DNA of 64,000 nt from Planctomycetota bacterium (lineage in GTDB: Bacteria > Planctomycetota > MHYJ01 > WSZJ01): NCBI GenBank assembly GCA_038060895.1, contig JBBTCT010000016.1, positions 47,178 to 111,177 of the forward strand, given 5' to 3'. The first letter of the stretch is position 1. Every line of letters starts with the position of its first letter. Shown here piece after piece: positions 25,601-34,628 of this stretch. The notes beneath the pieces were generated by a model. That model did not search any database. It was not told the origin of the DNA and saw nothing but the letters and a program-made list of their open reading frames with translations. A program made the translations under genes and the position numbers.

Positions 25601-27710
25601 AAAGAAACCCGCGGTCCCAGAGCGGCCGCCCGTTGCGCCCGCCGAGCGCGCGGACGTGGCCGTCCTCGGAGCAGAAAACGCAGTCCGCGGTGCCGTCCCC
25701 ATCGACGTCGCCCATCTCGACGGACGATTCATTCGCCCCGCCGGACTCGAATGCCCACGTCCGGATCGCATCCATGCCCCTCAGCGAATAGACGCGCCAA
25801 TCCGTCGCGGCGAAAACGATCTCGAGCGATCCGTTTCCATAGAGGTCCGCGGCCTGGGGACCGCCGTGGATCGGACGGTTGACCGGCACCCACCAGCGCG
25901 TCATTTCTTCCAGCCAGGACCGCAGCCTGACCGTCTTCCCAGCCTCAACCCGCACCACACAGCTCCTCGGAAAACTGCTGCGCCGCGTGAAATAGAGCCG
26001 CCAGGTGCCCGTGTCGAGGCGAAGCGACCGCACGGGAAGCGCGGCCTGCGCAGCCGGCTGCGCCGGAGGGATGTCGCCAAGGCGGCAGGTCTTCGGCGAC
26101 GGGTCCGGCGTCCCGGTATCGGGATAAGCGCGAAGCGTGGTACCGGGACCGTCGGCGTCCACTTCGAGAAACCCGAACTCGTGTTCGAGCCGGATCGCTC
26201 CCGGCACGGCGTCGTCGGCCGGAGTGATCGAAAACGCCGTTTCGTGCGAGTGATAATCCGGCGCGCTCACCGTCATCTTGTAGACGCCATTTCGAAGCGC
26301 GACCTCGCTTCGGCCGCCCTCGAGCTCCCTCACCGTGACGTCGCCCTGCGACAGGACGACCCGCGCGGAGGCCGGCTCGATGTCGAGCCGGAGCATTCCC
26401 GAGTCGTGCCGAAGAGCGATCGGGTCGAGTTCGATCGTCCGCCACGGCTTCACGGACGCGCTTGCTTTCTGCGGCTCGTGACCCTCGGCGAGCACGTCGA
26501 CCCTGACGCTCGTCGCGGGCCACACGCGAAACGTCCCCGGCGCCGTGCCGCGGAGCTCGTCGTCGATGTAGACCCGCGCTCCCGGCGGCGTCGCCTTCAC
26601 CGCAACCCACGCAGGCCCGCCGAGCCCGGCGCTCAGCCCCGCAACCGCAAGAAACAAGGCGCCCAGCGCCCCCGACAGCGCCGGCCGCTTCGCCGCAGCT
26701 TTCATCGACCGGTACACCCACGACGGAGGGCGCGCATGGATCGCTTCGCCGCGCAGGAAGCGCTCGAGGTCGTCGGCGAATTCCCGGGCCGACTGGTATC
26801 GCCGCGCGGGATTCTTCTCGAGCGCCTTGAGAACGATCGTCTCCGCGTCGCGCGACATGTCGGGCGCCAGCCGGCTCGGCGGAACCGGGTCCACGCTCTT
26901 CACCTTGTGCAGGATCTCCATCACTGACTCGCCGACGAAAGGCGCCACCCCGGTGACCACTTCGTACAACACCGTTCCCAGCGACCACACGTCCGTCCGC
27001 GCGTCGATGTCTTTCGCTCCGGCGGTCTGCTCGGGAGACATGTAGAGCGGAGTGCCGAGGACGTCCCCGGTCAGCGTGAGCGCCGTGGCATCGTTCGCGT
27101 CGCGCGCGAGGCCGAAGTCGAGGAGCATCGCGCGGTATTCCTCGACGAAGCCGTCGGCGACGCGAAGCGACGTCAGCGTGGTGGACGTCTTCAGCGGGGG
27201 CGACTCCGCGATGACGAGCACGTTTCCCGGCTTGATATCGCGGTGCACGATCCCCGCCGCGTGAGCGTGCGCCAGCGCCCGCGCGACCTGCGCCCCCAGC
27301 CGCATGGCCGTCCTCGGAAGCAGCCGCCGCGTTTCCTTGAGGAGCTGCGACAGCGAAGGGCCGTTCACGAACTCCATCGTGTAGTACCAGAACTCTTCTT
27401 CTTCGCCGACATCGAAGAGCCGCACGATGTTCGGGTGCGAGAGCGCGGCGGCGGCCTTGACCTCGCGCAGGAAGCGGGCGCGCACCATCGGGTCGTCGCC
27501 GACCTGTCGCGGGATGATCTTGAGCGCAACGGTGCGCGAGACGGCGGTGTCCATTGCGAGGTAGACGGCGCCCATGCCGCCCTGGGCCAGCCACTTCACG
27601 ATGTCGTACCGATTTCCGACTCGCGCTCCCGGGTCCAGGCGCCCGCCGCGAAGGGAGGGGCGCGAGTTCGGGACGTGGGTCGCGTCGTGGGCGCCGGGCG
27701 CGTCGGGCAT
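22698..27710 (-). CDS. Ser/Thr protein kinase with TM helix, PEGA domains, FG-GAP/PQQ-like beta-propeller repeats and TPRs
   Basis: GGMGAVY, VALK, HRDIKPGN, DFGLA, GTPLYMSPEQ; PEGA 'ATPPGARVYID'; more than 12 'D(L/V)DGDG..D....G.DG..LW' repeats; TPR-like tail. Confidence 0.93.
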   Translation of the reverse strand: MPDAPGAHDATHVPNSRPSLRGGRLDPGARVGNRYDIVKWLAQGGMGAVYLAMDTAVSRTVALKIIPRQVGDDPMVRARFLREVKAAAALSHPNIVRLFDVGEEEEFWYYTMEFVNGPSLSQLLKETRRLLPRTAMRLGAQVARALAHAHAAGIVHRDIKPGNVLVIAESPPLKTSTTLTSLRVADGFVEEYRAMLLDFGLARDANDATALTLTGDVLGTPLYMSPEQTAGAKDIDARTDVWSLGTVLYEVVTGVAPFVGESVMEILHKVKSVDPVPPSRLAPDMSRDAETIVLKALEKNPARRYQSAREFADDLERFLRGEAIHARPPSWVYRSMKAAAKRPALSGALGALFLAVAGLSAGLGGPAWVAVKATPPGARVYIDDELRGTAPGTFRVWPATSVRVDVLAEGHEPQKASASVKPWRTIELDPIALRHDSGMLRLDIEPASARVVLSQGDVTVRELEGGRSEVALRNGVYKMTVSAPDYHSHETAFSITPADDAVPGAIRLEHEFGFLEVDADGPGTTLRAYPDTGTPDPSPKTCRLGDIPPAQPAAQAALPVRSLRLDTGTWRLYFTRRSSFPRSCVVRVEAGKTVRLRSWLEEMTRWWVPVNRPIHGGPQAADLYGNGSLEIVFAATDWRVYSLRGMDAIRTWAFESGGANESSVEMGDVDGDGTADCVFCSEDGHVRALGGRNGRPLWDRGFLSAARGIPRVADLDRDGTNEVVFEADGILVCAEGATGNSRWVFPAPGGAEGRCAVAAIDGDDVLDVIVATRNNLVAAVSGKDGHPLWTFVAGGPVYGSPAAADVDGDGIDDIAVASDRLIVLSGRDGHKLWDYPCGSSPASPAFARLDGDPAPDLVVPGGDAAIHALSGRNGSLLWRTPLPGRSRCLPAIADVDSDGTPDAVVSCSDGAIHFLSGRDGKSLWAFETNGPTQSSPLLVDVGGNGSLECAAGSDDGRIWLFAAQPGPARWRFPSTAGGVCSPVLLDADKDGTRDAVLAGPEGIIRMLSAADGRVLWEADATGGIAGTTRLPDVDGDGVPEVLAGLWQPDEHGACIAYSGATGVVLWRASESGPVGSPAATGDIDGDGKADVALGVGPGGNAVVTYGSASGRELRRFSCKVHFLQGLTSGDLDGDGLPELFAGANDNRLRIIGSDGRERFQVDTLHAIESPAAIADLDGDGATDIVFTCLDKRARAVSGKDGRVLWRYDIGAESESGPVIGDLDGDGAPEVVFGANNSSIHAVGGRDGLRRWRFNAGDQVRDTIVVADLDGDRKAEVLAGAWDSRVYVLEGSDGRPRFELDTGREAVNRRPVLEDTDGDGIPETLYLASHRNLARMDIPRRSPIERPDARTARRWARREIWPALAARGDAADPQQGISLAKAFLALGDPARAAAAASNTAAHFPRDPHCRVLLAAAKNDPVALGEALALDPFATFDFALRNGLLDEIASCASSLEPPARPLARAAALLLARRFDEARAALDQLIAGGRRPDLLLLRGHAALLAGDPEAALADWEALERVGGMGSDMRGYVARARSLTADPRKNAIEHARARRWEEAWTWYDRALAKFPDDAATLNEFAWFVATHAWRNDRQPEAPAPTELTAKAVAAAKRALELGPAAQRWEFLDTLGAASWANGEKEAALKAGEEAVSLAPEARKGELARRVGVYRDGVK

Positions 27711-27761
27711 CGTGCGAGTTTAACCGAATCCGAACCGCGTCCCCGCGCGCCGGCGCCGCTT

Positions 27762-29309
27762 CTATTTTGGCTCCGCTTCGGCCCGGCTCGCCTTCGGCAG
27801 CACGTACACGATCGCTCCCTCGTCTTCGTAGACCCGTTCCAGGAGCGCGTCCTCGCAGATTCGCACCTGCCGTGGAACTTCCCTGGTCACGACCAGCACG
27901 TTCGTGAGGAATGTGTCGCCGAATTCGACAGGGTCGAGCGGCTTTTTCCCGGTGCGGACTTCCTCCCAGTAACGGATGCGCGGCGGATCGGTGACGAGCA
28001 TGAAGGCGGGGTCGAGGCCGTTGATGTAGCGGTGATCGGGGTCGGAGGCGAAGAGCTGGACGAAGTCGCCCCAGTTCAAGTGGCCCACGTTGGCGCCGGC
28101 AGGGACGTTGGCGCGGACCCACTTTGCGGCGCCGGACATGACGGGGCCTTTGACGCGGCCGGCCTCTTTCATCGTGCGGCCGACGGTGTGGAAGTGATTC
28201 TGCGTGAGAAGAAGAGCCGCGACCGTGGCCACCCAGGTCACCGAACCCTGACGAGTCTTCCAGAGCTCCGCAAGGTCGCGGCCTTCAAGCAGATCGGAGA
28301 TGACGGAGGCGAGGAGCCAGACGGCGGAGGGCGCGAAGTACTCGATGAAACGGCCGGAGAGGCAGTAGAGGCCGAAGGTGGCGAAGGTGATGAAGAGCAG
28401 GGAGAAGCTGCGCGACGAGAGGCGTTGGGCGCGGGCGGACACAACGGAGAGGATCACCCCCGCCGCCAGCGAAATAAAAACACCGATCGAATCCGTCACC
28501 AGCGACCGCGTCGGGACCGCGTCGAACTCGTCCCCCCACGTCAGCCCCATCGTGGAGCCGCCCCAGGTCTGCTGCAGGACCACCACGTTCTGCACCCACC
28601 ACATGTGAAGCGAGTTCGGCGAGTACGGGTGAAGGAGCAACCCGGCGAACACGCCGGCCGCAGCCGCCGCGGCCCCGCGCCATTCCGGCTTCCCGTTGTG
28701 AATCCACGTCGCCGCAAGGTGCGCGAGTGCGATCGCCACGAGCAGGTGCGGCGCCGCGTACGACCAGGCGTACACGAAGCCCACGGCCGCGAGCCACTTC
28801 CATTTGCCCTTGAGCAGCAGGGCCGTGCCGACGATGAAAAACCCGATCGACAGAACGTGTGCGCGGCATTCGGAGAGCCGATAGATGAAGTGACTTCCTG
28901 AACCCGCGAGGGCAAATGCCCAAATGGGAGGCCCGCGTACTCCCGTGGCTCGAAGGGCGAACGCGAACGCGGCGATGACGGCCCCTGCCAGGAGCCACGC
29001 GGCGAATTTCGCGCCCGCCACCATCGTGGCCTCGGACCTGCAGAACGGCGCCAGCCAGACGTGGAAGAGGAACTCCTTGTCCGAGAAGTGGTCCTTCCAG
29101 AACGAGTACTGCGTCCACTCGAATTTCCGCGAAAGCCCGCGGGATGGAAGCAGGTTCGCGTAGCGGGCGTGGTAGTAGCCATCCCGGCTCAGCATGTGCG
29201 GCGTCGTGAACTGGACGGCGCGCAATTCGGCCGCGATCCCGAGCGCGACGGCGCAGGAGAAAATCGTCCCGAGCGCGCGGCGAGAGAGGGCAGGGGAGGC
29301 GTCGGGCAT
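27762..29309 (-). CDS. Polytopic membrane protein, probably GT-C-fold glycosyltransferase-like
   Basis: About 11 TM helices, 'DGYYH' in the first extracytoplasmic loop, soluble C-terminal domain. Confidence 0.6.
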   Translation of the reverse strand: MPDASPALSRRALGTIFSCAVALGIAAELRAVQFTTPHMLSRDGYYHARYANLLPSRGLSRKFEWTQYSFWKDHFSDKEFLFHVWLAPFCRSEATMVAGAKFAAWLLAGAVIAAFAFALRATGVRGPPIWAFALAGSGSHFIYRLSECRAHVLSIGFFIVGTALLLKGKWKWLAAVGFVYAWSYAAPHLLVAIALAHLAATWIHNGKPEWRGAAAAAAGVFAGLLLHPYSPNSLHMWWVQNVVVLQQTWGGSTMGLTWGDEFDAVPTRSLVTDSIGVFISLAAGVILSVVSARAQRLSSRSFSLLFITFATFGLYCLSGRFIEYFAPSAVWLLASVISDLLEGRDLAELWKTRQGSVTWVATVAALLLTQNHFHTVGRTMKEAGRVKGPVMSGAAKWVRANVPAGANVGHLNWGDFVQLFASDPDHRYINGLDPAFMLVTDPPRIRYWEEVRTGKKPLDPVEFGDTFLTNVLVVTREVPRQVRICEDALLERVYEDEGAIVYVLPKASRAEAEPK

Positions 29310-29386
29310 GGGAGGAGGCTAGCGGGGGGAAAGGAGCGGCGGAAGTGAAAGCGGTTCAGGCAACAATGGAATGGTCCTTCACGTTA

Positions 29387-29510
29387 CACAGAGGACGCAG
29401 AGAGCACAGAGGTCACAGAGAACGACCATGACTATTTTCTTCCTTTGTTCAACGGACCGTCGATTTCGTCTCTCTCTGTGTGGCCTCCGTGCTCTCCGTG
29501 TGCTCCGTGT
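29387..29510. repeat. Intergenic inverted repeat of 9-nt periodic units (CACAGAGnn x4 ... CTCYGTGnn x4)
   Basis: Units start at 29387/29396/29405/29414; complementary units at ~29476/29485/29494/29503. Confidence 0.85.
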
Positions 29511-29530
29511 CAACTGGAAGGCCTCCGGCG

Positions 29531-29977
29531 CTAACTTCTGATTTCCTCCAGCCGCTTTTCAAACCCGCTGAACGCCTTGTTCAGCACCCGGGCGTGCCGC
29601 GCGGCGAAGTCCTTCGCGTTCAGGAAGTGCTCCGCGATGAGCGACGGGTGCACCGGCAGGTCGCTGACGTACCGCAGCCGCGTGTGCCCGTCTATTTCTT
29701 CCAGCGTCCACGTCCCCTGCCCCTTGTAGAAGCCGGACCGGTACACCCAATGCAGGCTCTTCTGTTCTTCGAACTTTACGACCTCGGCGTAGAAACTCCG
29801 CTTCGCAACCAGGACCTCGAGCTTGGTCCCGATCAGTGCCGGGATGAGCTGGACTACGCGGAATCGAACGTCCCTTGGCCACCATCGGTTGTAGTCCTCG
29901 AAGTCGGCGAGGCACCGGAAGACGCGGGCGGGGGGGAATTCGAGCAGGCGTGCGTCATCGGTCTGGAAGCGGCGCAT
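29531..29977 (-). CDS. SRPBCC/START-domain (polyketide cyclase-like) protein
   Basis: 'PPARVFRCLADFEDYNRWWP' and 'GTWTLEEIDGHTRLRY'; start ATG 29977. Confidence 0.8.
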   Translation of the reverse strand: MRRFQTDDARLLEFPPARVFRCLADFEDYNRWWPRDVRFRVVQLIPALIGTKLEVLVAKRSFYAEVVKFEEQKSLHWVYRSGFYKGQGTWTLEEIDGHTRLRYVSDLPVHPSLIAEHFLNAKDFAARHARVLNKAFSGFEKRLEEIRS

Positions 29978-30033
29978 CGGCGCAGGATACGCGATGGCCA
30001 CGGCGCAGGCGCCGACGAATCCGCCTTCAAGCA

Positions 30034-30738
30034 TCACGCCTTCGCGAGCACGACATCAAAGGTTCCCCGCTCGTACGTCCCTTCCGCCGCCTTGTGCTCC
30101 GCCACCTTGATGATCAGCGACTTCCGGATGAACGCGTCCTTCTCGTTCATCGGGTCGCCTTCGAAGTAGAGCTGCGTCACGAGGTCCTGGTATCCCGGAG
30201 CCCTGACGAGGTAGTGGATGTGGCTCGGCCGCCAGACACCCTTTCCGATCTCGTACCGCCCGGGATGTATCGTTTCGTACTCGTAGTATCCATTCTCATC
30301 CGTGACCAGCCGTGCCCGGTACAGGAACACGTCCTTCGCCGGCGGCGCCTTCGGGTCGTCGTTGTCGTACCGCCCGTCGTGGTTCGCCTGCCAGATGTCG
30401 AGGACGGCCATGGGAAGCGGCTTTTTCGTGTCGTGGCCCCACACGCGGCCTGAAATCAACATCACGGTCCCTTTGGAGAGCGGGGGCCCGATTTTCGCCC
30501 GGTACGGCGCGCCCTTGCGGTGGAACGGCCCGAGGATGTTGCTCTCCGTGGGATTCCAGTCGCCGTTTTTCGGGGCGTCGGGGGCCGGCTTCTCCTTTAC
30601 GTAGCCGCCGTAATCGCCCACATCCCCGGATTCGGGAGTCGGGTCGGCGTCCGAGCGAAGCGTCAGTGCGCCGCTGAAAGCCGCGGCGAGGCCCAGGGAA
30701 GCGCGAGTGAGGAAGTCACGGCGGGGAAGGTCGAGCAT
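30034..30738 (-). CDS. Intradiol ring-cleavage dioxygenase-like protein with a Tat signal peptide
   Basis: AAAGGAGG RBS; RRDFL; 'GPFHR', 'DIWQANHDGRYD', 'ETIHPGRY', 'RPSHIHY', 'TQLYF'. Confidence 0.88.
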   Translation of the reverse strand: MLDLPRRDFLTRASLGLAAAFSGALTLRSDADPTPESGDVGDYGGYVKEKPAPDAPKNGDWNPTESNILGPFHRKGAPYRAKIGPPLSKGTVMLISGRVWGHDTKKPLPMAVLDIWQANHDGRYDNDDPKAPPAKDVFLYRARLVTDENGYYEYETIHPGRYEIGKGVWRPSHIHYLVRAPGYQDLVTQLYFEGDPMNEKDAFIRKSLIIKVAEHKAAEGTYERGTFDVVLAKA

Positions 30739-30820
30739 GGGGCCTCCTTTGGAAGGCATGGTAGCGGTTCGAGGGGGGCGTGAAGCAAACGGTGCGCCGG
30801 GTGGGACAATAACGACCTGG

Positions 30821-30972
30821 GCCACAGAGGACACAGAGAGCGCAGAGAAAAACGGCGATTTTTCAACCTCGGCTGCAAGTCCGGGTGGCGCGTACGCGCC
30901 GTGCCGGCAAAGCCGGCACGGACTTGCTCTTGGTTGACTGCCTTTCTCGGTGGCCTCTGTGCCCTCTGTGGC
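30821..30972. repeat. Second copy of the 9-nt periodic inverted repeat element, with an internal hairpin
   Basis: CACAGAG units at 30823/30832/30841; CTCKGTG units at 30946/30955/30964; inner hairpin CGTGCCGGC-AAA-GCCGGCACG at 30900-30920. Confidence 0.85.
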
Positions 30973-31003
30973 TCCGGTCGTTGGTTCGCGCTATCGTGCG
31001 CCT

Positions 31004-32173
31004 GTGAACATCGACCTCTCCCCACGGCCCGAGCATCGCTTCACTTTTGGCTTGTGGACCATCGGCAACCCGGGCCGCGACCCGTTCGGCGCGCCGGTAC
31101 GGCAGACGCTCTCACCGGTCGAGATCGTGCACCTGCTGGCGGATGTCGGCGCTTACGGCGTGAACTTTCACGACGACGACCTCGTGCCGATCGACGCGTC
31201 CCCTGCGAAGCGGAAGAAGATTGTCGCGGACTTCCGCCAGGCGCTGAAGGACACCGGGCTGATAGTGCCGATGGCGACGACGAACCTGTTCGGCGACCCG
31301 GCCTTCCGCGACGGCGCGTTCACGAGCAGCGATCCGCGGGTCCGGGCCTACGCCCTCCAGAAAACGATGCGCGCGATCGACCTCGGCGTGTCGCTCGGCG
31401 CGAAGATCTATGTGTTCTGGGGAGGGCGGGAAGGATCGGAGACCGACGCAGGCAAGAATCTGCTCGACGCGCAGAAGTGGATGCGCGAGGCGATGAACTT
31501 CCTGTGCGGCTACGTGCGAAACCAGAAGTACGACCTCAAATTCGCGCTCGAAGCGAAGCCGAACGATCCGCGCGGAGATATTTTTCTCCCGACGACCGGT
31601 GCAATGCTCGCATTCATTGGGACGCTTGACCGGCCCGAGATGGTCGGCGTGAATCCCGAAGTCGCGCACGAACACATGGCGGGGCTGAACTTCACCCACG
31701 CGGTCGCGCAGGCCTGGGACGCGGGCAAACTCTTCCACATCGACCTCAACGACCAGGCATTCGGGCGCTACGACCAGGACTTCCGCTTTGGCTCCTACAA
31801 CCTCAAGTCCGCGTTCTTCCTCGTGAAGTTCCTCGAGGACGTCGGGTACTCCGGCTCGCGGCATTTCGATGCGCACGCGTACCGCACCTCCGACGCCGAG
31901 GATGTAAAGGCGTTCGCGAAGGGATGCATGCGGACGTACCTGATCCTCAAAGAGAAGGCGGAGCAGTTCCGCGCGGACCGCGAGATCCAGGGCCTGCTGG
32001 AAGAGATCTTCGAGGACGACGGCGGCATGGATCGCTTCAAGGGGAAGTTCGCGCCGAAGAAAGCGGAGGCGCTGAAGTCGCACGCGTTCGATCGCGCCGC
32101 GATGGGGAAGCGCGGCCAGCCGTACGAGCGGCTCGACCAGCTTGTTGTTGAACTGCTGCTCGGGGTGCGGTGA
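31004..32173 (+). CDS. xylA: Xylose isomerase (short Streptomyces/Thermus-type class)
   Basis: 'FTFGLWT.G..GRDPFG', 'FHDDDL', 'WGGREG', '[11 protein letters not shown]', 'NPEVAHE', 'FHIDLN'; GTG start 31004. Confidence 0.96.
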   Translation: MNIDLSPRPEHRFTFGLWTIGNPGRDPFGAPVRQTLSPVEIVHLLADVGAYGVNFHDDDLVPIDASPAKRKKIVADFRQALKDTGLIVPMATTNLFGDPAFRDGAFTSSDPRVRAYALQKTMRAIDLGVSLGAKIYVFWGGREGSETDAGKNLLDAQKWMREAMNFLCGYVRNQKYDLKFALEAKPNDPRGDIFLPTTGAMLAFIGTLDRPEMVGVNPEVAHEHMAGLNFTHAVAQAWDAGKLFHIDLNDQAFGRYDQDFRFGSYNLKSAFFLVKFLEDVGYSGSRHFDAHAYRTSDAEDVKAFAKGCMRTYLILKEKAEQFRADREIQGLLEEIFEDDGGMDRFKGKFAPKKAEALKSHAFDRAAMGKRGQPYERLDQLVVELLLGVR

Positions 32174-33135
32174 TGCCAGAGTTTCTCGGGCTGCCGTGCG
32201 TTGAGTTCAAGAACGCCACCATTTCGCTCCTTGTGACTGAAACGGTCGGTCCGCGCATCCTTTCGCTGCGATTGCGCGGCGGCGAGAACATTCTCGCCGA
32301 GGTCCCGGACTTCACCCTCGAATGTCCCGGCGCAGGCAGGTATCGCATGCGAGGAGGGCACCGTTTGTGGGTGGCGCCTGAAGAGCCTCGATGGACGTAC
32401 CTGCCCGACGATGCACCTCCCAGAATCGAGGTGACGCCTCACACTCTCGAAGTGTCTCAGCCCATCGAGCTGCTTACTGGACTTCAGAAGTCGTTCACGA
32501 TCGGTTTCCCGACCGTGCTGGTCAATCACCTCCGATCGTCGGATCAACCATCCACGGATGCCACTAAAGATCCGTTTTTTGGTGAGATTTCGATGGTGGT
32601 CGTCGATCACGGACTCAAGAACTGCGGCTCGACTCCCGTCACCTGCTCGCCGTGGGCAATCACACAATTCAAACCAGGTGGGTTTGCGATCCTCCCGCAC
32701 ACGAATCGCGGGAGCGAAGTAGGTGGATCCTGGAAGAAACGAGGATTTGTCCTCTGGCCTTACACAAGAAAGGACGATCCGAACATTTCTTGGGGCGCGA
32801 ACTACACCTTCGTACATGCCCGGCTCAGTACTGGCGCGCTGAAGATCGGTTATTCCAACTACAACGAGTGGCTTGCCTACTTCCGCAATGGGACCGTTCT
32901 GACCAAAGTCGCCTCCTTTGGTCGGTCGGACACCTATTTCGAGCAGGGAAGTTCCAGTCAGTGCTACTGCAATGACCGGTTTCTTGAACTTGAGACGCTC
33001 GGTCCCGTGACCACAATCGCGCCCGGCGAGCAGCGTTGGCACCGCGAAACCTGGTTCATTCGGGATGGGGTTTCGCTCGAGCCGACAGAAACCGGAGCTG
33101 AATCGGCGGGCCTTCCCGAATGGAACTTCGTCTGA
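32170..33135 (+). CDS. Hypothetical protein, aldose-epimerase-like beta-sandwich (DUF4380-like)
   Basis: 'VGPRIL', '[10 protein letters not shown]', 'PWAITQ', 'LELETLGP', 'HRETW'; coupled between xylA and xylB. Confidence 0.7.
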   Translation: MMPEFLGLPCVEFKNATISLLVTETVGPRILSLRLRGGENILAEVPDFTLECPGAGRYRMRGGHRLWVAPEEPRWTYLPDDAPPRIEVTPHTLEVSQPIELLTGLQKSFTIGFPTVLVNHLRSSDQPSTDATKDPFFGEISMVVVDHGLKNCGSTPVTCSPWAITQFKPGGFAILPHTNRGSEVGGSWKKRGFVLWPYTRKDDPNISWGANYTFVHARLSTGALKIGYSNYNEWLAYFRNGTVLTKVASFGRSDTYFEQGSSSQCYCNDRFLELETLGPVTTIAPGEQRWHRETWFIRDGVSLEPTETGAESAGLPEWNFV

Positions 33136-33136
33136 T

Positions 33137-34621
33137 ATGCGGCAAATCCTCGGCCTGGACGTTTCCACCACCGCAACAAAGGCGCTTCTCGTCGACGAGA
33201 AGGGCTCGACCCTCGGCGTGGCGTCGAGCGAGTACACGTTTGAGTCGCCACGGCCTCTCTGGAGCGAGCAGCATCCATCCCTGTGGTGGACGGCGGCCTG
33301 CGAGGCGGTGCGCCGCGTGCTTTCGGAGACGGGCTCAGACGCATTATCGATCGCCGGTATCGGCCTGACAGGCCAGATGCACGGCCTCGTCGCGCTCGGC
33401 GAAAACCTGGAGCCGCTTCGGCCCGCGATCTTGTGGAACGACGGGCGGACGGAGGAGGAGTGCGACGACGTGCGGCGGCTGGTGGGGCGCGAGCGGCTGC
33501 TGGCGATTACGGGGAACGACGCGCTGGCGGGGTTTACGGCGCCGAAGATTTTGTGGCTGAAGCGGCATGAGGTGAAGGTGTTCGGGGCGATGCGGCACGT
33601 GCTGCTGCCGCATGATTTCGTGCGGCTGAAGCTGACGGGGGAGCTGGCGTCGGACAAGGCGGGGGCGTCGGGGACGATTCTGTTCGACCTGGCGCGGCGC
33701 GACTGGTCGCCGGTGGTGGTGTCGGCGCTGGGGATCGATCCGGCGTGGCTGCCGCGGACGTTTGAGGGGACGGAAGTGGCGGGGGCGGTGACGCGTGCGG
33801 CGGCGGCGGCGACGGGGTTGCGGGAGGGGACGCCAGTGTTCGGCGGGGGCGGGGACCAGCAGGCGGCGGCGGTGGGGACGGGGGCGGTGTCGGAAGGGAT
33901 TCTCTCCGTGAGCCTGGGGACGTCCGGTGTGGTGTTCGCGGCTTCGAACAAGCCGTTCATCGAGCCGGAGGGGCGCCTCCACGCGTTCTGCCACGCGGTG
34001 CCGGGGCAGTGGCACCTGATGGGCGTCATGCTCTCCGCCGCGGGAAGCCTTCGGTGGTTCCGCGACACGTTCGCGCCGGGCGTTTCGTACGACGAGCTGC
34101 TGGCGCCCGCGATCAACGTGCCGGCGGGAAGCGACGGGCTTCTCTTTCTGCCGTATCTCACGGGCGAGCGGACGCCGCACAACGACCCGCACGCCCGCGG
34201 CGCGTTCGTCGGCATCACCGTGCGGCATACGCGCGCGCATTTCGTCCGGGCCGTGCTGGAGGGCGTTGCGTTCGCGCTGAAGGACAGCCTCGACCTGCTG
34301 CGCGCGTCCGGCCATGCGGCCGCGACGCAGATCCGCATCACGGGCGGCGGCGCGCGGAGCCGGCTCTGGCGGCAGATTCTCGCGGACGTTTTCGCCGCGC
34401 CGGTTTCGACCGTGAGTTCCGAAGAAGGCGCCGCGTTCGGCGCTGCGCTGCTCGCGTCGGTCGGCGCCGGCGCCCACTCCAGTGTTCCCGCGGCCTGCAA
34501 CGCGGCCGTCCGCGTCACGGGGACCCTGGAGCCCTGCCAGGGCGCAGCGGCCTACGCCGCCCTCCGCCCGCGATTCCGCGCGCTCTATCCCGCCCTCGCC
34601 CCCTCGTGGCGGCCGGGATAA
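33137..34621 (+). CDS. xylB: Xylulokinase
   Basis: 'LGLDVSTT', 'TGQMHG', 'ILWNDGR', 'GGGDQ', 'SLGTSG', 'PYLTGERTPH', 'GGGARS'. Confidence 0.96.
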   Translation: MRQILGLDVSTTATKALLVDEKGSTLGVASSEYTFESPRPLWSEQHPSLWWTAACEAVRRVLSETGSDALSIAGIGLTGQMHGLVALGENLEPLRPAILWNDGRTEEECDDVRRLVGRERLLAITGNDALAGFTAPKILWLKRHEVKVFGAMRHVLLPHDFVRLKLTGELASDKAGASGTILFDLARRDWSPVVVSALGIDPAWLPRTFEGTEVAGAVTRAAAAATGLREGTPVFGGGGDQQAAAVGTGAVSEGILSVSLGTSGVVFAASNKPFIEPEGRLHAFCHAVPGQWHLMGVMLSAAGSLRWFRDTFAPGVSYDELLAPAINVPAGSDGLLFLPYLTGERTPHNDPHARGAFVGITVRHTRAHFVRAVLEGVAFALKDSLDLLRASGHAAATQIRITGGGARSRLWRQILADVFAAPVSTVSSEEGAAFGAALLASVGAGAHSSVPAACNAAVRVTGTLEPCQGAAAYAALRPRFRALYPALAPSWRPG

Positions 34622-34628
34622 CCCGCCG

